A stretch of DNA of 64,000 bases from positions 1 to 64,000 of the IMG/VR virus record IMGVR_UViG_3300025407_000799. One strand, written 5' to 3'. The position numbers and the translations under genes were made by a program. Below are positions 1 to 7,913 of this stretch, one piece after another (position 1 is the stretch's first letter; every line of letters begins with the position of its first letter). Origin of the DNA: a virus. The notes under the pieces were generated by a model. It saw nothing but the letters and a program-made list of their open reading frames with translations, ran no database searches and was not told where the DNA came from.

Positions 1-2
1 AT

Positions 3-518
3 GTACCTATTACACAATGGAATCCACTGACACTTCAAGGTGCTGGTCTGTTTCATATTGCTATGGGTGCGGTATTAGGTATTAGCGCATTTGGTCGTAC
101 ACAAGAAAAATTAGCAGGTACAGCAGCCAATCCAACTTCTACAAGCCAAACAATTACTAACAATCAAAATATGTCAGGCAATGTAGCTGGCGGTTTTGGT
201 AGTGGTGGTAATATGGGTGGTGGATTTGGCGGATCAACAGGAGGATTTGGCGGTGGAAACAACTCATCATTTGGCGGGGCTCCAGCATTTGGCGCACCTG
301 CGTCAGGAGGATTCGGAGCATCATCCGGTGGCTTTGGTTCATCAACTCCATCTACAGGCGGCTTTGGAAGCACACCTCCAGCAACAACACCCACAGGGTC
401 AGCAGGAGGTTTTGGATCGGGTTTTAACAGCGGGTCAGGAGCAACACCCGCAACTACGCCAGCGTTAACATCATCTGGTAAAAAAGTTGTTCCATCATTT
501 GACCAACCAGCACTATAA
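3..518 (+). CDS. 5'-truncated 3TM holin-like protein (GTA-holin-like) with Gly/Phe-rich low-complexity C-terminal tail
   Basis: Frame is open from the window edge. WNPLTLQGAGLFHIAMGAVLGISAFGRTQEK resembles the 3TM holin family signature and is followed by many GGFG units. Confidence 0.6.
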   Translation, partial: VPITQWNPLTLQGAGLFHIAMGAVLGISAFGRTQEKLAGTAANPTSTSQTITNNQNMSGNVAGGFGSGGNMGGGFGGSTGGFGGGNNSSFGGAPAFGAPASGGFGASSGGFGSSTPSTGGFGSTPPATTPTGSAGGFGSGFNSGSGATPATTPALTSSGKKVVPSFDQPAL

Positions 519-527
519 GGAAATAAA

Positions 528-710
528 ATGAAAAAATTATTAGCACTTTTAATTGTAGCAGTTTTTGCTAGTTCAGCAATGGCTACAGAAAAAGCCAAAG
601 CACCTGCCAAAGCACCTGCAAAGAAAGAAGTTAAACATCACAAGAAAGCAGAAGGTACTGAAATAGCTGGTACTAAACCAGATACAGTAGCACCTAAAAA
701 GAAGAAATAA
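528..710 (+). CDS. Small exported Lys/Ala-rich protein with signal peptide
   Basis: MKK + hydrophobic core + AMA cleavage-like site; AAGGA RBS upstream; KAPAKAPAKK tail. Confidence 0.75.
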   Translation: MKKLLALLIVAVFASSAMATEKAKAPAKAPAKKEVKHHKKAEGTEIAGTKPDTVAPKKKK

Positions 711-715
711 TTATT

Positions 716-1297
716 ATGGCAAATACTCGTAAACTACACTACAAGGACATTAACTCAGATGCTGCCGCTTATGTGGGCGAACTGGGCAGTATTTTCTTTG
801 ATCCTACAACTACTACCTTACGTATAGGTGATGGAGTAACAGAGGGTGGTAAACCTTTAGTTGATTTAAAGAGTGCTAGTATGTTTGGTACTGATCATGG
901 TCATGACAACGCCTACATAACGTCAAGTAATCATTATACCGGTGATCTTGCTTATAACTGGACTTTTCAATGGCAGAGTAATAGTAAAGGCGAAATTATT
1001 TGCTACAATCCACAGAGCTTTAATCCAAGTGGTGTGACCACAGCATGGACGGTGACATCGTATGTAAACGGTGTAGCCACTGTAAGCAGAAGTACTAAAA
1101 CTTGGGATAATGGACACAGCTACGGTACCGACTTGACTGCGGCATTAACTAACAGTGGCGACTATGCTCAAATGGTATTTGTAGATCTATCCACTCATGC
1201 GGCTTTTGAAGTTACTTGGACAGCAGAGTCCAGTACAGCGGGCGGAATCAGTGTACGAGTACTTTACGGTGATTTTACAGTTCAAGCTAACGGTTAA
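716..1297 (+). CDS. Virion/tail-associated protein with Mtd_N-like N-terminal domain
   Basis: YVGELGSIFFDPTTTTLRIGDGVTEGG resembles the Mtd/hyaluronidase N-terminal motif; beta-rich C-terminus. Confidence 0.55.
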   Translation: MANTRKLHYKDINSDAAAYVGELGSIFFDPTTTTLRIGDGVTEGGKPLVDLKSASMFGTDHGHDNAYITSSNHYTGDLAYNWTFQWQSNSKGEIICYNPQSFNPSGVTTAWTVTSYVNGVATVSRSTKTWDNGHSYGTDLTAALTNSGDYAQMVFVDLSTHAAFEVTWTAESSTAGGISVRVLYGDFTVQANG

Positions 1298-1312
1298 CGA
1301 CAAGCCAAACTC

Positions 1313-1341
1313 TTGACAGGCTTCGGCTAATGTAGTATAAT
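1313..1341 (+). promoter_or_regulatory. Sigma70-type promoter for dnaJ-def-clpA
   Basis: TTGACA (1313-1318), 17-nt spacer, TATAAT (1336-1341). Confidence 0.85.
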
Positions 1342-1366
1342 TACTATATTAACGGAGCCTGTTTTT
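1316..1366 (+). terminator. Long hairpin plus T-tract overlapping the dnaJ promoter
   Basis: ACAGGCTTCG/CGGAGCCTGT and TAATGTAGTA/TACTATATTA stems (one G-U each), TAAT loop, followed by TTTT. Confidence 0.6.
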
Positions 1367-1372
1367 ACGACT

Positions 1373-2236
1373 ATGACTGATTATTACCAAACATTAGGTG
1401 TTAGCGAAGGTGCTAGCCCAGAAGAAATTAAACGAGCATACCGAAGCTTGGCTAATAAACATCATCCAGACAAGGGTGGGGATCAAGCCAAATTCAAAGA
1501 TATCAGTGTTGCTTATGAAAATCTAAGTGATCCGCAAAAGAAAGCTGAATATGATCAACAACGTATGTACGGCGGCGGACAACAGTTCCATTTTAATACA
1601 GGCCCTGGAGGTTTTGATCCATTTGGTCATATGTTTGGTCAAGGGTTTGGACAAGGTAGTCCATTTGGTGACATTTTTGGTCACATGCGTCAACAAGCTA
1701 GACGTAATAGAGATTTAAACATACAATGTCAAGTAAGTTTTATCGATAGTTATACCGGTAAGCAGTTAGAAGCAAATTACAGACTACCAAGTGGACGTAA
1801 TCAAAATGTTGTTATTAACGTGCCGGCTGGTATACAAAACGGAGATACTATCCGTTATAACGGTCTAGGCGACGATAGTGTTCCTAATGCTCCACGTGGA
1901 AATTTAAATGTTACTATTATTGTAAATCCAGATCCAAACTACGAAAGACGTGGAGATGATGTGTTTACAAAAGTTGATATTACACCTATCGAAGCTATGA
2001 TTGGAACTAAGAAAACTGTTAAGACATTAGGTGGTCAAAGTTTAACTCTTGAAATTAGAGCAGGAGTTGAAACAGGAGTAGAGTATGCTAGTCACGGAAA
2101 TGGATTTCCGAATGTAAATAATGGGCAGAAGGGACGATTTGTTAGTGTAGTAAACATTAAAACTCCTGCTGTAACGGATCCACTTTTAGTAGCTGAACTA
2201 GGTAAACTCAATAATGCAATTAGTCAAAAGTACTGA
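1373..2236 (+). CDS. dnaJ: DnaJ-family co-chaperone, class B (CbpA-like, no zinc finger)
   Basis: J domain with HPD (KHHPDKGG), G/F-rich linker, DnaJ C-terminal domain; no CxxCxGxG repeats. Confidence 0.92.
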   Translation: MTDYYQTLGVSEGASPEEIKRAYRSLANKHHPDKGGDQAKFKDISVAYENLSDPQKKAEYDQQRMYGGGQQFHFNTGPGGFDPFGHMFGQGFGQGSPFGDIFGHMRQQARRNRDLNIQCQVSFIDSYTGKQLEANYRLPSGRNQNVVINVPAGIQNGDTIRYNGLGDDSVPNAPRGNLNVTIIVNPDPNYERRGDDVFTKVDITPIEAMIGTKKTVKTLGGQSLTLEIRAGVETGVEYASHGNGFPNVNNGQKGRFVSVVNIKTPAVTDPLLVAELGKLNNAISQKY

Positions 2237-2726
2237 TCAAATATTAAAAACTTGTGCCCAACCTTGGATTTTCGAAACCGATAAAGATTTTGAAGATGCT
2301 CGACAGCTAGAAATAGACATGGTTCAGCTTATGATTGAAAGTAACGGCATTGGCTTGGCTGCTAATCAAGTTGGACTACTTAAAAGAGTATTTGCAATTC
2401 TTCTTAAGGATCAAGTTCCGTTCTGCATGTTCAATCCGCAAATTGTTTCAAACACACCAGATTTTGTAAACGGGGAAGAAGGTTGTTTGAGCTTTCCTGA
2501 TTTATTTTTACCAGTAAAAAGATACAATTTGATTACCGCCGAATACTTTGACAGGGCGGGAAAAAAGTGTATAATAGATTTAAATGGAATAGATTCTAGA
2601 TGTTTCCAACATGAATTGGATCATTTAAATGGAGTCTGTTTTGTTGAAAAAGTTAGCCCGTTAAAGTTAGCAATGGCAAAAAAGAAACTATTAAAAAGAG
2701 GAAAAAGTAATGGTCGAACCAAGTGA
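2214..2726 (+). CDS. def: Peptide deformylase
   Basis: All three PDF motifs: GIGLAANQ, EGCLS, HELDH. Confidence 0.95.
   Translation: MQLVKSTDQILKTCAQPWIFETDKDFEDARQLEIDMVQLMIESNGIGLAANQVGLLKRVFAILLKDQVPFCMFNPQIVSNTPDFVNGEEGCLSFPDLFLPVKRYNLITAEYFDRAGKKCIIDLNGIDSRCFQHELDHLNGVCFVEKVSPLKLAMAKKKLLKRGKSNGRTK
2548..2575 (+). promoter_or_regulatory. Sigma70-type promoter inside def, upstream of clpA
   Basis: TTGACA (2548-2553), 16-nt spacer, TATAAT (2570-2575). Confidence 0.65.
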
Positions 2727-5001
2727 TAACCTACAAGCAGTTTTTGAAAGGGCAATCGAAACCGCTAAAAAATTGCATCACGAATATTTAACAATCGAGC
2801 ACTTGATGTTTGCTATGTTAGCCGACGAAAGTTTTTCTGCCGCCTTGACAGGCTTTGGAAGTAATACAGACGCTCTTAAACAAGATTTAACCGATTATTT
2901 GCAGAACAAATGCAGTGAGTTTACAATACCTGATGTAGTTGTTAAACCTAAAAAAACACAATCAGTCGAACGTGTTCTTAACCGTGCGTTCACACAAGTC
3001 CTATTCAATGGACGTCAACAAATAGAACCAACAGATGTTTTCTTGAGCATGTTTGGAGAAAAACGTAGTTGGGCGTTTTATTACATTAATAAAAACGGTA
3101 TCGATAAAGATAAGTTTAATGATTATATCAATAATAATATTGAAATCGAAGAAGAAGGACCTGCCGATGGTCAAAGTGACAAGGCGCTCAAGGCATTCAC
3201 TACTAACTTAAATGACGAAGTTACTAAGAAGAAAATTGATCCAGTTATTGGACGTATTGACGAATTAGAAAACATTGCACTAGCATTAGGTCGTCGTAGT
3301 AAAAACAACGTAATCCTTGTAGGAGATCCAGGTGTCGGTAAGACAGCCATAGCAGAAGGTCTAGCCTACAATATTGTTAATGGTGCTATTCCTGATTTCC
3401 TAAAAGAATATAAGGTATACAGTTTAGATATTAGTGCTATGCTTGCTGGCAGTAAATATCGTGGTGACTTTGAAGAACGTTTTAAACTAGTTATCAAAGC
3501 TCTACAAAAGAAAGGCAAGACTGTTTTGTTCATTGACGAGGCACATATGATCTCTGGCGCAGGATCTGCTAGCAACTCAGCTAACGACCTAGCTAACATG
3601 ATGAAACCTGCTCTAAGCAAAGGCAACATTAAAGTTGTGGCCAGTACTACATGGGAAGAATATCGTAAACACTTTGAAAAGGATCGTGCGTTGATGCGTC
3701 GATTCCAACGCATTACTGTTGACGAGCCAACTATGGAAGTTACTAAGCAAATTCTTAAAGGTATTAAGAAATATTACGAAACATTCCACAATGTTAAAAT
3801 CCGTGATGATGCTATTGATGCTGCTATTAAGTTGTCAATTAAGTATCAAACAGATAAGAAATTGCCGGATAAAGCAATTGATTTGATCGACGTTGCTTGC
3901 AGTCGTTTTAACTTGAAACTTGCAGATGAAAGAATCATCGGCGAGCGTGAAGTACAATACGAACTTGCTAAGATGATTCAAATGCCAGAAGAAAAGATTA
4001 TGGAAACTGAATCTAGCAACCTTGCTACTCTACAGGATAACTTACAAGCAGAAGTTTTTGGACAAGATCTTGCAGTTACAGAAGTTGTGGACAAGATCAT
4101 GGTTGCTCAAGCAGGTCTTAAATCTGAGAATAAGCCTATTGGATCGTTTGTATTCATGGGGCCAACTGGTTGCGGTAAGACTGAAACAGCTAAGTCACTG
4201 GCCAAGCACTTGGGTGTTAAGTTGCTACGTTTTGATATGAGTGAATATCAAGAGAAGCATAGTATCAGTAAGTTGATTGGTAGCCCTCCAGGTTACGTTG
4301 GCTTTGAAGAAAACGCAGGTTTGTTGATTACACAGATTCAAGAGAATCCAAATGCTGTATTATTGTTTGACGAAGTTGAAAAATCGCATCCAGATGTAAC
4401 AACTGTCTTGTTGCAAATGATGGACAATGGTTTTATTACTGGTTCAAATGGTAAACGTGCAGATTGTCGTAACTTAATTCTTATTCTTACTACAAATGCT
4501 GGTGCTCAAGATGCTGAAAAGAACACTATTGGCTTTGGCACACAAGAAAAAGAATACAGTGATAAAGATTTGAAGAAGTTCTTTACTCCAGAGTTCCGTA
4601 ATCGTTTAGATGGCATTATGACGTTTAACAAGCTGAACAAAGAATCTATGGTTAAAGTTGTTAATAAATTTATCGATGAACTCAAAGCACAAGTTAAAGA
4701 CAAAGGTGTTAAGATTAAAATCAATAAAGAAGCAACTGAATGGTTAATTACCAAAGGATTTGATCCTAAAATGGGTGCTCGACCATTACAGCGTGTTATC
4801 GATAAAGAAATCAAACGCAATCTTGCTAAGATGATGTTGTTCGGTGCATTGAAGAATGGCGGTGGCGCAAGTATTACATTAGAGGGTGATCAACTAGTAA
4901 TAGTAGCAACTCCTAAAGAAGTTAAAATTCCGCTGTTGGCAATAGATCCACCAAATACTGGCATTGAAATTGTAGAAGAAAATGCTGTACAAGACAACTA
5001 G
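2710..5001 (+). CDS. clpA: ATP-dependent Clp protease ATP-binding subunit ClpA
   Basis: Clp N-domain; two AAA modules (GDPGVGKT/FIDEAH; GPTGCGKT/LFDEVEK); IGF ClpP-docking loop; no ClpB middle coiled coil. Confidence 0.92.
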   Translation: MVEPSDNLQAVFERAIETAKKLHHEYLTIEHLMFAMLADESFSAALTGFGSNTDALKQDLTDYLQNKCSEFTIPDVVVKPKKTQSVERVLNRAFTQVLFNGRQQIEPTDVFLSMFGEKRSWAFYYINKNGIDKDKFNDYINNNIEIEEEGPADGQSDKALKAFTTNLNDEVTKKKIDPVIGRIDELENIALALGRRSKNNVILVGDPGVGKTAIAEGLAYNIVNGAIPDFLKEYKVYSLDISAMLAGSKYRGDFEERFKLVIKALQKKGKTVLFIDEAHMISGAGSASNSANDLANMMKPALSKGNIKVVASTTWEEYRKHFEKDRALMRRFQRITVDEPTMEVTKQILKGIKKYYETFHNVKIRDDAIDAAIKLSIKYQTDKKLPDKAIDLIDVACSRFNLKLADERIIGEREVQYELAKMIQMPEEKIMETESSNLATLQDNLQAEVFGQDLAVTEVVDKIMVAQAGLKSENKPIGSFVFMGPTGCGKTETAKSLAKHLGVKLLRFDMSEYQEKHSISKLIGSPPGYVGFEENAGLLITQIQENPNAVLLFDEVEKSHPDVTTVLLQMMDNGFITGSNGKRADCRNLILILTTNAGAQDAEKNTIGFGTQEKEYSDKDLKKFFTPEFRNRLDGIMTFNKLNKESMVKVVNKFIDELKAQVKDKGVKIKINKEATEWLITKGFDPKMGARPLQRVIDKEIKRNLAKMMLFGALKNGGGASITLEGDQLVIVATPKEVKIPLLAIDPPNTGIEIVEENAVQDN

Positions 5002-5611
5002 ACGTCTCTTTAAAGGCATATACCAGTACAAAATAGTGCTGGTATGTGCCGGTTCGCATTGGTTTCGCTCAGGTAATATAAGCGAAGCGTTTGCAGAATT
5101 ACAAAAAATAGATCTACAGTCAAATCAAAAAAATATACCGTATCGCAATACGTTTATTAAAACACGAGAAGATTTAGACTATGCTTTTAGTCTAGCAACT
5201 GTGTTAAATCAAATGAAAGATTTTGAATTACGTGTTGAGTCTCCATGGATTTCAATCTATACCAATGCTAAAAAAGATATAACTAAACTCTCTAAGCTAG
5301 ATGAAACTAAAGTAAAGTATATTTCTGAGCCAGCTAACACAAATCTTAGTGCAGATACTATAATCATGCCTAAAATGAACTTTGATTATCGTATTACACT
5401 GGGCAAAACTAACCAGCCTAACCCAGCATTTATAGACTGGGCAAACTCTAGTAAAAAATGCAAACTAACTAAAAGCTGTATTAGAGATCTAGGAAAACCT
5501 CGTAGTTGGGGTGGGACACATTTCTACATTACAGGCGATAACAATCTTCTATTAGCTAAAATGCACTTAGGTGGTTCCATAGCAAAGATAGAGCGTATAG
5601 TTAAAAACTAA
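4982..5611 (+). CDS. Hypothetical phage protein
   Basis: 209-aa ORF overlapping the clpA stop. Confidence 0.75.
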   Translation: MLYKTTRRLFKGIYQYKIVLVCAGSHWFRSGNISEAFAELQKIDLQSNQKNIPYRNTFIKTREDLDYAFSLATVLNQMKDFELRVESPWISIYTNAKKDITKLSKLDETKVKYISEPANTNLSADTIIMPKMNFDYRITLGKTNQPNPAFIDWANSSKKCKLTKSCIRDLGKPRSWGGTHFYITGDNNLLLAKMHLGGSIAKIERIVKN

Positions 5612-5625
5612 AGCCTGTCAAAAGC

Positions 5626-5633
5626 GATAAATA
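5626..5633 (+). promoter_or_regulatory. T4-like late promoter
   Basis: GATAAATA in the intergenic gap (T4 late consensus TATAAATA). Confidence 0.65.
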
Positions 5634-5679
5634 CTCTAACCGCAGAGTTATCTGCTGATATTACGTTACGGGCTTAAAA

Positions 5680-6051
5680 ATGCGCATACAAGACTTATTA
5701 GAAGGGCATCATTTTAAAGATAGCGATTTTGTTGTCAATAAAGGTGAAAAACGCGAGATCAATTTCGATCTAGCTGAAGATCTGATGCATTTCATGCACA
5801 ACGATGACGATGTGTACCGCCGTCATTTGTATCCAAGCCTATCATTTTGTATTGATAGAGCTAAATCCAAACAACCTACAAAGAAAAGTATATTCGGGCC
5901 AGCTGTTGAAAGCAGTTACAAATTATACGTTAAAAAATTTCCTATACGCGAACTACCAGACGAATTAGACAAAGAATTATGTAATGAAATCTGTGAAAAA
6001 CTTCACGAGGAATTTAAAGAACATTTAAGCGACGGCAAGTACAAGGACTAA
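5680..6051 (+). CDS. Putative capsid-internal protein (CTS-like N-terminus MRIQDLLE)
   Basis: First gene after the late promoter; N-terminus ends in LLE like T4 internal-protein propeptides. Confidence 0.7.
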   Translation: MRIQDLLEGHHFKDSDFVVNKGEKREINFDLAEDLMHFMHNDDDVYRRHLYPSLSFCIDRAKSKQPTKKSIFGPAVESSYKLYVKKFPIRELPDELDKELCNEICEKLHEEFKEHLSDGKYKD

Positions 6052-6053
6052 CA

Positions 6054-7913
6054 ATGCTATTAAGAGAATTATTCGTTAGCCTTCATAATAAAAAAATCAT
6101 TAACGAAGGCGGTAATATTTGGCCTGACACAGATCATTTCGATCAAGCCATTGCTGCCAATTTAGCTCACGAAACTGACAAGTACCTAAACAGTCTTAGT
6201 CTTAAAGTATATCTTATCGGAAGTGCTGCAACTCCAACACCTGGAAAAATGAGCGGTGATTTAGATGTTATGACTGATATGAGTCATCTTATGAATCATT
6301 TTAAAATTAAAGATCCTAAGACAGCACGTATTGAGTTAGAAAAATACTTACAAGGTCAAGGTTTAATGACTAAACGTACAGGTGTTACTGTACATATTCG
6401 TTTACCATATGAAGATAAATTCTATCAAGTAGATATTAAAGCCGTTGTAAACGCAGAGAAAGTACATAAATTTCATGTACACAATATTCCAGCAGGAAGT
6501 CCTTACAAAGGTGTACACAAACAAATGATGATGAATGCGCTAGCAAGTAGTCAAGGAATGTTGTGGTCGCCAGATGAAGCGTTATATGCTAGAGATGCTG
6601 AAGGTAAGAAATCAAATATGATTAGTGATGACTTAGATGTTATTGCTAAAAAATTGTTAGGACCGCATGCCAAGGAATCAGATTTAGGCAGTGTTGAAAG
6701 TATTTTAAATGCTATTCCAGATCCAGCACGTAAGAAGGAAATATTTGACAAAGCAAGTAGTGGTGCAAGTTGGCAAGCTGTTACTCCAACTACAATAAAC
6801 GAAGCCGCTGCTCCAACTGTTGGCCGTAAATATCAACATATCGAAGATTTAGTATTCACGAATGGTAGTACAGGCGGATTGCATGCCGTTGAACGACTAC
6901 GTCATATGACCAGTAAGGGTGGCAGCATAGAATTAAAATGGGATGGTAGTCCAGTTATCTATTGGGGTCGTGATGAACACGGTAAGTTCCATATGTTTCC
7001 AAAAAATGCATGGGACTATATGAAGCGTGGTACTACTCATACTAAGAGTGGTGTAACTACCATGATGAACGACCCAGATGATGTTGCTATGTTTATTTTA
7101 GGAACTGGAACCTTACAGCCTGGGCAAGAAGAACAGCGCAAAGCATTTGCAAGAGGATTGTCAGACCTTTGGCCATACTTTGAACAGATTAGTCCTAAGA
7201 CAGGGTATATCGAAGGTGGGATATTGTTTAGTCCATTAAAGCCGGCGGTGTTAAATCCTAGCACACACGAATACGACTTTACTCCTAACATAACAAGTTT
7301 CCATATTCCTGCAACTAGCGAATTAGGTAAAAAAATTGCTAAGGCAAAAATAATGGTTGCTGCCACTGGATACTATACTCATATCGGAGCAGATGAAACA
7401 CGTTATCCTAATGCTGAAAAATTATCAACATCAGATATAATTGTGCAAGGTACAACTTATGTAGAAAATGCTCCTCAAGTAGATTCTACTGGTTTAGATC
7501 ACGCAGAAGATTATATTAAACAGAATAAATCAGCTATCGATAGTTTCTTAGCAGGACAACCTGGACTAAGTAAACCTGGAGATGTATTATATACATTCTT
7601 TAATCAAAATTTACGAGTTGCAGGTGTCAAACAACATTTTGCACAATGGGCTCAATCTAAATTAAGTAACGCACAAGCACAAAAAGTTTTAAGCCATCCT
7701 GGACTCGATGCTGTGTTGACCGCTGTTGAATTATTAACACATGAAAAAATGAAAGTAATTTCAGCACTAAGTAGTGGAACACACGGTGGAATCCGACAAA
7801 CAAAGCCCGAAGGTTATGTACAAGCTCACCCTGGTGGTAAGTTTAAAAACGACATACCCGGACAGTTTGTTAAAACAATCGACCAAGCCAACTGGGCTCC
7901 AAGGAAAGACTAA
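6054..7913 (+). CDS. Two-domain protein: Pol-beta-type nucleotidyltransferase + KxDG ligase-like domain; probable virion cargo
   Basis: LIGS...SGDLDV...YQVDI (GS/DxD/D). Second domain has ELKWDGSP, YIEGG, PEGYV, FVKT. Domains are separated by TINE/A; N-terminus MLLRELF...IINE. Confidence 0.7.
   Translation: MLLRELFVSLHNKKIINEGGNIWPDTDHFDQAIAANLAHETDKYLNSLSLKVYLIGSAATPTPGKMSGDLDVMTDMSHLMNHFKIKDPKTARIELEKYLQGQGLMTKRTGVTVHIRLPYEDKFYQVDIKAVVNAEKVHKFHVHNIPAGSPYKGVHKQMMMNALASSQGMLWSPDEALYARDAEGKKSNMISDDLDVIAKKLLGPHAKESDLGSVESILNAIPDPARKKEIFDKASSGASWQAVTPTTINEAAAPTVGRKYQHIEDLVFTNGSTGGLHAVERLRHMTSKGGSIELKWDGSPVIYWGRDEHGKFHMFPKNAWDYMKRGTTHTKSGVTTMMNDPDDVAMFILGTGTLQPGQEEQRKAFARGLSDLWPYFEQISPKTGYIEGGILFSPLKPAVLNPSTHEYDFTPNITSFHIPATSELGKKIAKAKIMVAATGYYTHIGADETRYPNAEKLSTSDIIVQGTTYVENAPQVDSTGLDHAEDYIKQNKSAIDSFLAGQPGLSKPGDVLYTFFNQNLRVAGVKQHFAQWAQSKLSNAQAQKVLSHPGLDAVLTAVELLTHEKMKVISALSSGTHGGIRQTKPEGYVQAHPGGKFKNDIPGQFVKTIDQANWAPRKD

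Noticed and set aside
164-610. 148-aa minus-strand Pro-rich ORF
   Set aside because: Shadow of the Gly-rich plus-strand gene; no RBS or independent motif.
1313-1366. CIRCE heat-shock operator upstream of dnaJ
   Set aside because: The inverted repeat does not match TTAGCACTC-N9-GAGTGCTAA.
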